Assembly (NCBI GenBank): GCA_020137815.1
Contig: CM035350.1
Coordinates: 2,914,001-2,978,000, forward strand
DNA from: Hormiphora californensis
Lineage: Eukaryota > Animalia > Ctenophora
Reading direction: 5' to 3'
DNA length: 64,000 nt
Below, piece after piece: positions 38,185-52,087 of this stretch; position 1 is the stretch's first letter, and every line of letters begins with the position of its first letter. The notes under the pieces were generated by a model. That model was not told where the DNA came from and ran no database searches. It was given only the letters and a program-made list of their open reading frames with translations. The position numbers and the translations under genes were made by a program.

Positions 38185-39749
38185 CTAAACTATATCGGGT
38201 GAAGACTGAAGACCTACTTTTATTTCTGACAGTGTTTCCGTGGCAGTCGTTATTGATGATGGTTTGCTATCACCTGAAAAACATGTCGGTAATTAATTAA
38301 AACACTAAAGGAATAAAAGAACCCCTCCAAAATTATTCCTTTTCTACTAAACCCCAACTTCAGATCATTACCATATTGGTATGTTCTCCTCCACAACTTG
38401 GCGAGTACCCGATCTGTAACAGTGGTTCTGCAAAACAGTACCCTATAACAGGGCGACATTCCCCCAATCGCCTCAAATAGTGGGTGGGAGGTGTACGAGT
38501 TAATCCTGCTTCCCAGACGCTTCCGGACTGCTCGAGCTCGACAATACCGGTTAAAACTGACAATCTTCAACGTAGGTAGGTCTACAAGGGAGAGAGAGAG
38601 AATTAACTTTTGTGTACTGTTTTGTGTACTGTTTTGGGCCAAAACTTTTGGCACCATGTGATTTGAATTTGTGCAAATATAAATATTCATGACGGTCTGG
38701 TAGGTGTTAGCACATCATCGAGTACCTGCCGCTTCCTGTTCTGTTGCAATAATGTGAGTAAGGAACTCCCAACAAGACATGATCACCTCATCCTTCAAAC
38801 ATACCAACTCATCCTGACAGAGAGAGAGGATGGACATGTTAGAATACCCCACTAACAGTTAGAATATTCGATAAATCACACACACTGACGATGAGACATG
38901 ATGATGATGGGTAGTTCACCTGTCCGTAAGACTGATCCCGGCCCTTTTCTGTGTTCTCTGGATAGTAGTAGACTCTACAACTGAGAAACTTGACTCCGTT
39001 CGCTTCCCAAAACAACAGAATCTCAAAGAAGCTCATGCGCTCTCCGTCAGCTTTGTTCCTAATGTACAAACAGTCCCCCATGGTAAATGATCGGCTGAGA
39101 AAAGAACACCGCACAGCTCGGTAAAAAGCCTGGTTTTCATTCTGACCAAAGGCCTTCCCAATCCAAGCCAGACCCACATCACTAATTGAGTCTCTTTTGT
39201 TGAACCTGAAGTTAATGAGCTGTTGTTAGGGCAGATCTGCTGTTGATTAATGCATCAAGTTTTACAGAGCACAACCAGCAATACATGGTGGCACGTGGCG
39301 TCAAACTTGAGATGGTGAAAATAATATGTGTGTGAGTACAATTCACTGACAACCAACAATAATTCTATTGTCAATTATTGACAATAGAATATAAAACAGA
39401 CTAGAAAACAGAATTGACCTTTGACAGCAGACTAAAAAACAGACTAGAAAAAAGACTTGCCAAGGACACAAACAAACAAACACACGCACACATACACACA
39501 CCACATGTTTGGTATAATACCTATTCTGTTGCTGCCCATTGCACCCACCACTTCTATAACCATCTCCAGCTGCAGCGGTGCCATTGGGTAAATGACTCTT
39601 ATAGATGTGCCTGACTATCTAAATAATGTGAGGGCTTTTGTTACAAAAATAGCTCACAGTACACTTACTGAGACAGAGAGGGAGAGAGAGGGAGAGGGAG
39701 AGAGAGCGGGGGAGAGAGAGAGAGAGAGAGAGAGAGAGTGAGTGAGAGA

Positions 39750-39790
<41 letters not shown>

Positions 39791-39992
39791 GGAGGGAGAG
39801 AGAGAGAGAGAAAGAGCACTATTATATATCTAGCAGGGTCTAGAGGGGTGAGAAAGATTGGTTGAAATTGTCCTACTAACTACTTACAGCTGCTTCAGTT
39901 TTCCTTTTTAATGCGGCACACCCATAGGGGCAACTGAAAAAGTCTTTGTCCAGCCTCCTGCGTTTTCGAGGCAACACGGAGTTAAATTTCAT
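38185..39992 (-). CDS. C2H2 zinc finger plus ARID5B-type BAH-domain chromatin protein
   Basis: Exons ~39992-39888, 39618-39521, 39205-38921, 38813-38726, 38582-38372, 38273-38185. FSCPYGC...IVRHIYKSH; LAWIG...FYRAV...GDCLYIR...FWE...YYYPENTEKGR..YGQDELV; IVSFNRYCRARAVRKRL...AIGG...VLFCRTT matches the ARID5B N-terminal region as I recall it. Confidence 0.75.
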
Positions 39993-41399
39993 GCCGATAC
40001 GTCACCCTATAATTGTTACATAATGATTCCCAACGAAATATTTAGGACGCTATAGATAATGATTCAAAACTTTCTACTTTTGGAACATACGTATGGTATT
40101 GAATACTCAAGTACAAAATCCAAAAAAAAAGAGAAATATCGAAGAAAGCCGATAACTGCATGGGAAATGTGTGTGGTAGCCGGTAAAAAATGGGTGCTAT
40201 CACAACAAAGAGGGTAGTCGAGTGGGGAAAGAGGTGTTGATCGGTGAAATGTGACACTTTGGGAATAACGATGTCGTGAAAGAGAGTGAGATAAACAACT
40301 AAAATGTTAGGAACGCCATTTTTAACAGTAATATCAAAATTCAAATACGTGTTATTCTATAATCCTCCTTCACATTGGTTTCGCCATGCGGGGCCCGGTG
40401 AAACAGGGTCAGCAAGGCAATCAAATACAGGACCTACGTAATGATTTGTTGTTATGTTCTAACCCTCCCTTTACATTTGGGCGCCCGAAACACAGTCTAG
40501 CCAGGCAAATGATTTGACTAGAAAAATTAATTTTTACAAACTGTACATAAGAATAATAATTGGTGATGACATCCCCTTCGCGCGGCCCTAGTGGAGGGGT
40601 GACCGCGTCACCAAGAATAATAATAGTTAGTCGACTTTAAATTATGTCGCCCTTACCTAACATGACACCGAGAGGTGATATGAGCGGCTATTTCATCAAG
40701 ACGGGATTCTAAATCAAAGTTTGGCATACTTGGTTTTACATATTTACTATTTTATGCATGATAGGTGATAGGTACTGGGCTATTTTATCATTGTATTATT
40801 AAATCTAGTATCAATATAAATCAATACATATCGCTTCTTGCAGTGGCTAAATCCGATAATAACTTACTAGGCTAAATTGGCCAGTCGCCAAAACACAATC
40901 AGCAGTAAAATGTCTGTACCCGAATAAATATCAGCATGACACAGCACACCCAATTTCATATATCGTGCAGTTTTCATTTTCAATGTATGTTGAGTTTATT
41001 TTAATGTATACATTTTAGATTGAATAAATAAATAAAACCAGCAGATTCTTGCCAAGCTACACTACCGTTCGCGCGCAGTTGAACAAAACAACAGTTTTCA
41101 GTATCAAAATGTGTCATTTGGTAAGCACTCTGGTCTTCGATATATTGGTAGAAATATGTAGCATATTAAATAATGCTATGAACGTATTCGGCACCGCCCT
41201 CCCGATTTTATTTATTCAATCTAATTTGTATACCTACATTGAATCACAATCAACATACACATCGGGCAAAATCTGATGTTCAATAAATTCAGAACTCTCG
41301 ATAGATATCTGATATGGCTATTTAGATTAAGATGATTATAGTTATAACATAGTTGATATTTTAAGTATAAAAGTATAAAATGTATTAATTAGATCCCAA

Positions 41400-41900
41400 T
41401 TTGAATGTCAGATCCTGGTCACAATATCGGGACGACTCACGGCGGTCGGCGGAACTGAACTCTGAAGTACGCAAGACGCCCCTGAACGACAGTACTGTAT
41501 TATGGATCAATGCAGCCTAAATCGGATTTAATACCAGTACAATTTTTGGTGTATTTCCGGCTTCCGCCTTCCGGGTCGTGAATCGTGGGCGGGCAAAGGC
41601 CTAAAGTTGCAGTTTTTGAAGAAAAAAAAAGGTTAAAAAAGAGACAAAAACATGCACTTTTTTACCATGCGACGTAAAAACTGTTAGAAAACAGCGATGC
41701 ATATGTTTGTAGCGCGCGACATTTTCTAATTTAGCGTTGCAATTCAGTTTCGGATTGTGTGCGCGCACGTGCGTAGAGTCATCAAAAATACAAATCCGAC
41801 TTTGCGGTTTCGGACCCAGGTTCACTCTGTGACCGATCGTGGTGTGCGTTTATTATCTGAGACCCCGGTGTCGGATTGCTGTTTCTCTGGTTTTAAAAGA
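41400..41900. promoter_or_regulatory. CpG-rich candidate promoter between the divergent BAH and PAQR genes
   Basis: Local CpG enrichment, repeated TTCCG (ETS-like) motifs and GGGCGGGC near 41555-41595. Confidence 0.3.
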
Positions 41901-42242
41901 GGATAAGAAGAATTATCGAGACCATGAATTAATTTATTATATGTTTTATAGTTTCAAGTTTACCCTGGTTTTAAAACCAGTGTGCCGTTTCACGTTTGTT
42001 TTACCTCTAACTTCAAACTTGAAGCCTCGTTATCCGAATTCCGTAAAAGAATTCGATTGATTCATATTTCGTATGATCCTAACTTCAAGTTCAAAATAGA
42101 ACCCACTCGCTTCACTTCTGTTTTTGGTTGACGCTTGGCCATGCCCATGATCTAAAAGTCAGACAACGATTAGGTGTATTCTTTAGTACGTTATTTATCC
42201 CTCAATTTCACTGAACAGATCTGCACTCTGCTAGGTTGTTGT

Positions 42243-43281
42243 ATGGAAGAGGATATAGTTAAAGAGATATCATTTGGGGATTCCCCCATTTACAGAGATA
42301 TTTCCTTATCGTCATCAAGCTCACATGATCCATCGGCAGAGTCCTTACCAAACCGCCGCGATTCAGACTTTGCAGTTGACCTAACCTGGGGAGAATGGAT
42401 GCAGCAACTTCCTGGCTCTACAGGCAGGAAAATCAGAGAATTCCTTCTTATGCAATGGCGGTGGTCCAAAAACCTGTCGACCTACGCCCAACTCCCAGAA
42501 TGGTTAAAAGACAATAAGTTTATCTTGTCAGGTCACAGATTACCCATATACAGTTTCACGGGCTGTATGTTCAGCGTGTGCAGATGTCACTCTGAAACTG
42601 GGAATATTTGGACACATCTGCTAGGAAGTGTTGCTACCATCTGTCTTGCTATCTACTGCTTTGCAACACGTCTCCACAAATCTCACTGGTCCGAGCAGCT
42701 CGTTTACGCAGTTTTCTTTGCCACTGCTACACTTTGTATGGGCTTCAGCTGCATCTTCCATACCCTTATCAACCACTCACCCAAAATGTTCAAGTTGTTT
42801 TCCCGTCTCGATTACACCGGCATCGCCTTGCTAGTGGTTGGGAGTAACGCCCCTTGGCTGTACTATACTCACTTCTGCAGACCCCTCGCATTTATTATCT
42901 ACATATCGGGTAATGCCCTTGTGGGAACACTCGGGGTAATTGTTGCGCTCTGGGAAGAGTTTGATAAACCAAAATACCGGACATTTAGAGCTATCGTGTT
43001 TCTCACCATGGGTCTCACCGCTGTAATACCAGGTCTCCATTTCACCATCAAATGGGGCTGGAGTGCAGCTCTAGAGGAGGCCAGTGTGGGGATGGATGAT
43101 ACTGATGGGATTCTTTTACATATCCGGCACCCTTCTTTACATGGCACAAGTCCCAGAAAGATTCTTTCCGGGGAAGTGTGATATTTGGTTCCAGAGTCAT
43201 CAGATCATGCACGTGTGCGTCTTTATAGCGGTAGTGATTTGTTATCACGGTATCTCTCTCCTAGAGCATAGACACAGTTGA
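42243..43281 (+). CDS. ADIPOR: PAQR family / adiponectin receptor-like membrane protein (intronless CDS, one 1-nt frameshift at ~43088)
   Basis: LPEWLKDNKFILSGHR, HSETGNIWTHLLG, SCIFHTLINHS, RLDYTGIALL, then in the +1 frame PERFFPGKCDIWFQSHQIMHV. Confidence 0.92.
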
Positions 43282-44227
43282 AATAAAGAATAACGGCACG
43301 TTATGTTCCCATAATCTACTGAATATTACTGGCCCCCTCGTAATTTAATTGTAAATAATAATAATAATGCAAAATGTAATTTTAACTGTAATTCATTCAA
43401 TCAAACACTTTTCATGGCTTTGTTTTATTGTGAAACCTGACATCCCCTGACTAATGGTGTGTGTCCCCCGCTCCTGACCAACCTCTTCCACCCGGACACA
43501 GACCACAGTGACACGTTACATCTACAGACTACAGAGCAAACGTTACATCTACAGAGCAAACGTTACATCTATAACAGAGCTGACTGTACAGATATACATG
43601 GCTCCTACACAAGTGTGCAGAGCTCCACTGTCGTACCATGATAGTCGCCCTCCCGGCCCCCTTGCAGTAGTTTGGCCCCTGCAGTAGATTGATTTAGTTT
43701 GGCCCCTGTTGCAGCAGTAGTGTTATCACTGTCCTATAAATACCAACTGGCAACAATCACCTGACACTCGAGAGAGAGGCGGGGCTCAGGTTGAGAGATA
43801 AAGAAATGCTGGAAAAATGTTCTAGAGTTACATGTGATAACCCCCATCCTCCTTCTCTGTTACAGTCAGTTTCGTGCTTTATCAGAGTCGCGTGACATCA
43901 ACATAGGGAAGTTGTCGTTGGTAATTTGCTATGGGTAGCTGGATATATTCAATCCGGAAAGCAAGAAGAAAAGTGATATTGATATGGGACAACAGCATCA
44001 ATTTCTTACGAAGGAATCACACAGTACAGTCAAGATACGTCCCTAAATATAAATGAATCACATCGACTTCATACCACTACACAGATGCAACAAATAATAA
44101 ACAGATACAAAGAACAGAGAACAGAACAAACAGAGATACAAACAGAGATACAAACAGAGATACAAACAGAGAACAGATATATACAAAATCCTGTTGAAAA
44201 TCAGAGACACTTCTATTTTCTAACCAG

Positions 44228-46407
44228 ATCCCTCCCTATCTCTGCCTATCAGAAGGTATGACATGGCAACAGAACCCGATCGAGTTGGTCGCCTTCGCTG
44301 GCCTTTACCTCAGCGGATTCGCCCTCATTAAATATGCTCGCCGGTAAGTTTAACTCTACACTCTAGTAGACAATGCTGTAGTTTAAAGCAGGTACATTCC
44401 AGAGGCAGACCATGCATGTTGAAACTGTGTGTTATTTATTACACTGAGATCTGATCAGAATTAAAACTGTGTGTGTTTAACATACTTGACCACATCATCA
44501 GGGGCTGTAAACCGATGAAACTGCGTAACGTTAAGTTGGTCTACAACGCCATCATGAGTTTCTTCTCCCTCTACATCTTCTGGGGGGTTGCCGTGGTTCT
44601 GGCGAAGAACGTGGATGATTCTGGGGCTAGGGCTGTGTTTGTGTGTGATGACAAGCAGAAGGGGTATAACGGTTTGGAATGGTACTTCCAACTCTTTTAC
44701 TACAGCAAGGTATAATAGAAAGTGAATTGTATTACAAACCAAACAATGTACTTTATAGATTGTTCATCTTTTCTCATTTTGTTCCAATCCTTCTCTGGTC
44801 CATTTTTAAAGTGTATTACATGCAACCAAGTCACATGATTGGCTACCTTCTAACTCTTCATATTTGATAGTTCTAGATAGTTCTAGAAAGTTCTAGATCC
44901 CACACACGAGAGATAGATTTTAAACAACAATTATTTCAGTTCGTTGAGTTCGCGGACACGTTCTTCCTGGTTATGGCTGGGTCTGCGGAACCAAGCCTGA
45001 AGATGGGCCTCCACCTTATACCACCACTTCATTACCCCCTCCATCGTGTATGCCACCTGGTTCTACCCATGTACCGGGGGCTGGGTCGGTCCCCTCACCA
45101 ACTCTATCGTTCACGTCATCATGTAAGTGTAGAGTTTGGTTACGAAGTCACCCTGCATTAACTCTCACAGGGGCCTTTGCGTTTCATTACCAAGTGTAGA
45201 GTGCAGATCTATGACGTATCTAATGTACTCTTTCTATCGGCCTCTCTTTCTCTGTCGTTCATTGGATCTGAGCTGCAATTCTATCTATCTTTCTACCTTG
45301 CTCTCCCTCTATCTCTCTCTACCCCTCTCTTCTACCCATCTCTACCTAATTTATCTATCCCTATTCCCTCTTTCCCTCACTGACCTTTATTGGTTCTTTG
45401 TATGAGGCACATATTGTGAAGTACAGAAGTATTTCCTAGAAACACACAATAAGTTCTGGAACCTCCCTTTTGTGTTCTCTATTGGCTGAATACCATGCTA
45501 CCCCCACATTTCCTAACTCTTTTCAACCAACTCCACCACCAGTCCACCACCCCCAGGTACGCTTACTATGGACTGTCCGTGATCTTCCCGTGTATTAAAA
45601 AGTACGGCAACCTGGTCACCTACGTGCAACTGACACAATTCATGAGTGTCATGATCTACCATATTGTGAGTAGGGGATGTGAGTAGCTGAGACATTGTAG
45701 GAAGAAGAAATGGGATGGGAGGTTGAAATAGTGGGAAGAGAAGGGCATGAAAACTGAAAAGGGAAGGTGAAGATGTACACGCTCTGTCTGGCAGGCGAAT
45801 ACACACTGTGTAACAGCTGGGGTTGATTGGTCAATTAATCAGTTCAGAGGTAGTGAATGTGAAGATAGTGAATGTGAGGATAGAGAGAGAGAGAGAGAGA
45901 GAAGGGGAGAAAAAAAGAGGAGGGATGGTCTAATTTGACGGGACGACAGATGGTGCAAAATTGGGGACAGATATAATGTAAAAGTTCATTATCCCCCCCC
46001 CCCTTTCTAACAGGTGTTAGTGATTCCCAATTCCTTCTCATGTAACTGCAATATGGCTCAGTTGTACTTTCAACTTCTCTCAGTACATCATCTTCTTTAT
46101 GCTCTTCATGTTCTTTCCTCACCAAGTAAGTGATTCTTAAATAAAAAATAAACATCATTTGTTCCAGTCTTTTCAATATCTTTTACCTTACTTTCTTTAA
46201 TTAAGCTCATATATTTCAAGAAACTTTTGATTAAGAATCTTATTTATAATGATTTAGTTGGTAATATCCAGTTGTTTTTTGACACTGATTAGACAAGCAA
46301 TGACATCCGCCTTACAATCCCTGCTTCACACTTCCGATATTTTAATATCCAATTATCCCTTTTGCAGAAAGAACGCTGCGGTAAATGGAGCCAAGAAGAA
46401 AGAATAA
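44228..46407 (+). CDS. ELOVL: ELO/ELOVL fatty-acid elongase (first exon uncertain; apparent 1-nt frameshifts)
   Basis: Exons ~44228-44343, 44502-44709, 44940-45122, 45557-45666, 46014-46125, 46368-46407. Motifs VYNAIMS, FYYSKFVEFADTFFLV, LHLYHH (across an indel), NSIVHVIMYAYY, TYVQLTQF and a C-terminal KKKE ER signal. Confidence 0.92.
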
Positions 46408-46933
46408 GGTTACCGACATGCGGTCCCTTCTGCAAACCCTTCCTCATACACACATTTAGCACAGGAAAGGACCGCTTAGTTCTACCCAGTTGAACACCGT
46501 TTATACTTTATCATTATAATACAGGGAACATTCAGTTTGTATACGCATATTATAGAACACATGATGGGGGATTTATTAACTGTAAAGTGGGTTTCTGATA
46601 TTGATGTTGTTGTCGTTTTTACATTATTGTGTTGTTGTTGAATATAGATTACCAAACAAACAAAAACCAGCGTGTTTTCTATTTAATAACCGGACCCGCA
46701 ATATTATAGTTGAACTTTTTCTATTTTTGAATACACATAGTTTTTGGCAGAATATTATGGTGTAATCACAGACGAGCTTACACAATTTTAGATATAGAAT
46801 TGGCCCATCACTCATCAGCTTAGCTTACCCAATCAATGTCTGCTTACACCGAGCTATTGGCGTTTATCAACTTAGCCAAAACTACACGGGGCAATTCCAT
46901 AATGCTTGCACTTTCTCTCTCTCTCTCTCTCTC

Positions 46934-47013
<80 letters not shown>

Positions 47014-47018
47014 TCATA

Positions 47019-47094
<76 letters not shown>

Positions 47095-48107
47095 CTACCC
47101 TCCAGTCCCTGCACCCTACATTTCCTTCTTGCAATGATAACACTGTGAAGGTACACAGTGCTGTGATACAGCAGCTCCATTCAACTGGCAGAACGTTTCT
47201 CTCTCCTCAACAAACAGTTGACCGCAATAGTGTGTTGCGGCCCTGTTGCGGAGACCGTGGATCTAAAAGGGTGGGGTAGAGTTACAATTTTAATACTCGT
47301 CAAACTGGCACGCGAGGTAGTTACTTTTAGAATGGGGAGAGAAATTTTAACGGCCGCTGGTGTGTGCGGCGTCAAAATATAAATTTTGATTTTGACGTTG
47401 GTGTGTGCTGACCCTTATTTAAATTGCCAAGTTAGACTGCCTTTCGCGAGCTCCGCTTACAAATGTAAAGTGAGGGTTAGAACATAACAACATTTAAATT
47501 GGTTAGGCCAAGGTGATTGTGAACTCGAATGCTCTGTCGGTTTGTTATTCTAAGAAATGTTAGGTAAAATGTCCTATCGTCCCGCTAATATTGCCTATCT
47601 TTCCGTGGTGGTCTCCCCCAGCGCCCCAGCAGAAGAACTTCAAGGGCCATTTTCGAGCTTCTTCCAAGAACTACTTGATGTAACGCGCGGTGTCACAGCG
47701 GTGAGAGGCTTTGCGCAGAACGCGCGGTAAACAGGTGTGCATATGTTTCTTCAGCCAGGATTACGTAACGCGCCATCTTTTGTAAAGTAACGTACTTGTA
47801 GCCGCCGCGCTATTTAATTTACTCAAGTTGCACATAAAAAATAATAAAATAAAATGCGTGACGACCGGCGTGCAGATATAGTCCATTTTTTTTCAACTGT
47901 TCACCCCCCAAAGTCGTGCGCGGAATTGTTTTGCGCGTCTATCACATGTTAACGTGTAGCGCGCGCAGCGTAAATTAAAATATCGCACGCGCACGAGTTG
48001 AGGGGTGAACAGTTGAATAAAAATGGACTTTATCTTGATTGGCATGCGCTGCAGACCCCAAGTGCGCGCGTTTTCCACGGCTTCTAGGGCCTGTAGCATA
48101 GGCCAAA

Positions 48108-48332
48108 TAGGGATCCCTAATAAAGTTGTGACTTGTCACTGTAGTCTTGCGGAGGCGCGGTTGTGACTTGTCACCGCGTGTGCGCGTACCAAAACGCACG
48201 TGGTTCCCACTGCGCGTAGCTGCGGCGCGGCGTAAACCATGCGGTGACAAGTTACAATCGCGCATTTTGAAGCCGCGCCGCCACGGGAACCACATGTTTG
48301 GTGACAAGTCACAACTTTATTAGGGATCCCTA
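48108..48332. mobile_element. MITE with TAGGGATCCCTA termini (~32-bp TIRs)
   Basis: tagggatccctaataaagttgtgacttgtcac ... gtgacaagtcacaactttattagggatcccta. Confidence 0.85.
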
Positions 48333-48333
48333 T

Positions 48334-49144
48334 ATCTTGACAGGACTTGATATGAAGACGCAGCGGGCAATGGAGCTATGCTCCGAACCTGGTGCTTCTA
48401 GTTGGCTAACTGCTCGACCGCTACAGAAACTCGGTCATGAGCTCAACCAGCTTGAGTTTGTCGATGCCATTCGGCTCAGATACTGTTTCCACTTCCCGGA
48501 CCTGATCGGGAAATGCGGCTGTGGGGCACAAAACAGCAGTGACCACGCCTTGATCTGCAAGGTTGGAGGCTTTGACATGTGGAGACACGACCACCTTCGG
48601 GATACCCTGGCCGATATTCTCCGGTACGCGGGATTTAAACCCGTTAACACTGAACAGCCAATGTTGCCCTGTGATGGATTCAACTTGCCAATCAGTGCAA
48701 ATACCAAAGCTGAACTCTGAAGCACGAATGGACATTGTCTGTCGTGGCTTGTGGTCTGACATGCAGGCCAGTTTCATGGATGTACGGGTTTTCCATCCAA
48801 ACGCCCCATCCTATCTGAAGGTGCCCATCTCCAACCTGTATAAACAGCACCAAAATCAAAAGAAACTGGCATACATGCGAAGGGTACAAGAAGTGGAGCA
48901 GGGTTCATTCACCCCTCTTGTATTCTCCACATCGGGAGGTTTTGCTGCAGAGGTTGGGAAGGTTTTGGACAAAGCGGCCAGCAAGATTTGTCAGAAACAC
49001 AAGGAGTGTTACGCTGAAACAGTGTCCTTCATCCGAGAAAAGACACGATTCAGTTTGCTAAGATCAACACTTGTTGCGCTTCGGGGCACTAAGAGAAGGG
49101 TTGTCCGAGTCAGTGTGGAAGATGTAGATTTTCGAGATAAGTGA
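48334..49144 (+). mobile_element. 5'-truncated CRE-clade non-LTR retrotransposon (zinc knuckle plus restriction-like endonuclease), frameshift ~48715
   Basis: GASSWLTARP, DAIRLRY, CGCG..HALICKVGG..RHDHLRD, RMDI, DVRVFHPNAPSY, KKLAY, FTPLVFSTSGG. Confidence 0.85.
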
Positions 49145-49427
49145 GCAGAGAGAGGGAGAATGAGAGTATGTGTGCGTAATTTATTATAAGTTTCTGACTG
49201 TCATCTCGTCAAACCGGTTTTTAGTGGGTTGTGTAAGAAAAGTTTTTAAAAAACGAAGTTTAAAACGAATTTTATTTTTTAGTTTTTAAAAAGCGAAAAA
49301 ACTCCGGGTCGCGTAATGAAAAGCGCTGCCTTATCTCGCCAGTAGCGTTTGCTAAGGTCGCGTCGCGTATGCATTCTGAACCAGATTTCAGAGATCTGTA
49401 TTTCAGGATTCTAGAGATTTCAAACAT

Positions 49428-51823
49428 ATGACAGAGCCTCCCCCGAAACGGCCTTGTAGAGGCATCGAAAAAGCTTGTCAAGAACTTTCAGACCTACTTG
49501 ATAAAGATGAACCAAGAAACTCGATTGTCGTAGACAATCTGTTACAAGTGGTACTGGAGGAGTGCAAGAATGGTGAAATTAGTGCAGAGACTAGACAGAT
49601 ATTCATTTCTTGGGATTTAAAAGGCTCACTCTTTCTTGTGATCTACGATACTGTGAACAATATACCTCCCATCCTTGCCGAAACTGTTCTGTCCATCCTC
49701 AACACGAGTTGCGACAACGATGCACTTTTTCAAGCGGTTGTTGTGCCCTGAATTGTTCAGACAATTCGCTTTCATATTCTTGCAGGAACCTGAAGTATTT
49801 GTACAGATGTCTTCGAATCCTCAACAAAGCCACAGCGATGTCATACAGGGTTCCTGTAGAGGCAATAGACATTATTTTGGTCGTAGACTACCTTCAAAAA
49901 CAGGTGATATCAGACCCAGACAAGCCTTTGAACCGAGATGATGACAAGATCCTTGAAGCGCTCACCACTTTAATAACTAACAATAAGATTTTACTTCGCA
50001 GCCTCGGCAACAGTAGCCAGGTAGTTACAGAGGTGGTGAAACTGTTTATCGCTGTTTCTGTAGCTACTAAAGACGATTATTTGGTGTGCCGACTGACACA
50101 AGAGGTAGTCGATGTTGGGCTAGAGGATCCTTTCCGTTTGTCACCCGCCAGACTATCAGTTCTGTTGACGCAATTAATTGAACAGATCTGTATTCACTTT
50201 CCGGAGACACTGCCTCGATTATACCAATGCGTCCGCACCTGTGTGTATTTAGCTAGGATAGCAGAGAAGCCCAGGCATACATTTTTCTCCAGGGTACTTT
50301 TGATTGGATCACTTGAGGATTGTCACGAGGTATACAAAATGTTATTTCGGCTGACCTGGCAATATCCACCATATTTTCTTCCGTTTCACGTCGGCGATCT
50401 TCATCAAGGGATATGTCATTTTGTCTCTGCCGTTCGGTACCCTGTCCGTGACTGGATAAGTACCTCAGGGAATTTCTTTTCCCTTTTTTACCATTTTGGA
50501 GTGGTAAAAGACACTAAAGACAAAGTTCTCTTTGATGCTATCTTGAATTTTCTGAAAATCTTGCTGGGAATGGATCATGATAAATCATTGAAACCGACCA
50601 TAATGGGGGCATTTCATCGCATCTTCAATGTCGCTGCTTTGCTATATGAAGTGGACGTATCGGAGGAGAACATCGTCCTTGTTTTGGACCTTCATACCAA
50701 ATACGGTAACGTAAAAATGACCTCGTTCCTGGCCATGCTCGCTAGAAGGCCAAATGCATACATGATGCTCCTCCAAATATCCTTCCATTGGCTTATTTTA
50801 ACCTATCCCAAGTTCCGGAGTATAGGACATGAAGAACTCTTTACATATAACAACCGTCGCAAATACGCAAACATCATCCAAGCAGTGACAGAGAGCAAAA
50901 AATACTTTGAAGATCATGAGTCCTTGATAGGGTTACTGGCAGACCTTCGACAAACTTCTCCTGGGACCTACCTGATTACACTGTCGGACTTTTTCTTATC
51001 CCAGATAGGTGAAAATAGGTCAGATAAAATTATAAGGGATGTCTGTGAAAGTGTCGTGCTAGTGGAAGATGATCCAAAAGATTTGCTACTTCGCCTTTTC
51101 TTCTCTATTATTCGGTACTTTCAAGGTTGCGTCTCGGATTTTCAAGAACCATTATCTGGAAAACTTTCCTCTAAGGGACTGAGACTAAGCAAAGAAAGAG
51201 GCGCCAGCTGCAGGGTTTTACTAAAGACAGATCCAACTTCACAACACCGCTGGGCGCCATCAACGGGGTTTACAAAATGTAAAAACCAGCCAATCACCAT
51301 CCTAGGAGCTGAGAATTCAGAGGGAGTTATTGTCAATGATAAAGACTTGTCATCGCTAATTTTAAACGAAATGTTTGAATCAGATTTCAAGGAAAGCTTA
51401 ACTCGAACCATCAGGATTCCTTCAGCACCTCAACGTGTCCTCGATGCTCTTCAGCTGATTTTAACGAAAGGGAGCATCATAGGGTTGGATAACCACGTCA
51501 CCATGTATGATGTTTGGGAGTGGTTGTTGCCATGGGCGACCATGTTTAAAGTTGATGGAGTGTTCAGCTACCTTGTGGGTTTTATGAAGGGACCCCACCA
51601 ACACTCCATCCCAGATGAGTGGATGGTGGAGTTTGCAGTACGGAGCAAGCACCCTGCCTGGTTGCTATTGGTTACCCAGAGATTCCTGGTGGTGGAAAAT
51701 GTGGACCTCCACCCTCGAGAGTTGGTATTTGCCATACGTGAGTTGCTAAACCTGGTTACTGATGATGAGAACTATCTCGTTAACATTATCAGGCATTATT
51801 CTAACCCTCAATTAACCTGGTAA
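49428..51823 (+). CDS. Helical-repeat plus C-terminal BTB-like protein (ARMC5-like), paralog 1; two 1-nt frameshifts (~49743, ~49797)
   Basis: The N-terminus MTEPPPKRPCRGIEKACQEL matches paralog 2; alignment to paralog 2 passes through three frames; BTB-like SLILNEMFESDFKESLTRTIRIPS. Confidence 0.7.
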
Positions 51824-52087
51824 GTTACAATTCTGTAGTTTCCAGAATAAAACAGTTTTTTATTTATTAGTTTTGTTGAAGTTTTATACAATTTGCGTTA
51901 ATTTATTGTTTTTAATTGAATGGACAGCGTTTATAAAATCAAATTATTTATATTTCTTACTAACTTGTTTGTAAACTATATTTATTTGATACGTTTCAAG
52001 TTTCAACGAGTCTAGTCAGCACACAGTTTCTTAGTAACAACATGCTAACTCACCCTTCCCTCTATTTTCTAGGACAGCTATGAATTC

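Noticed and set aside
41490-41552. Stem-loop followed by an Sm-like AATTTTTGG (possible snRNA or SL RNA)
   Set aside because: No recognisable U1/U2/U4/U5/U11/U12 or SL sequence; an Infernal/Rfam scan would be needed.
43084-45020. Programmed +1 ribosomal frameshifting in PAQR and ELOVL
   Set aside because: No shared slippery or stop motif; homopolymer errors explain the sites more simply.
48298-49144. Host gene forming part of the downstream gene run
   Set aside because: Motifs identify a truncated CRE-type retrotransposon, and the ORF start lies within a MITE.
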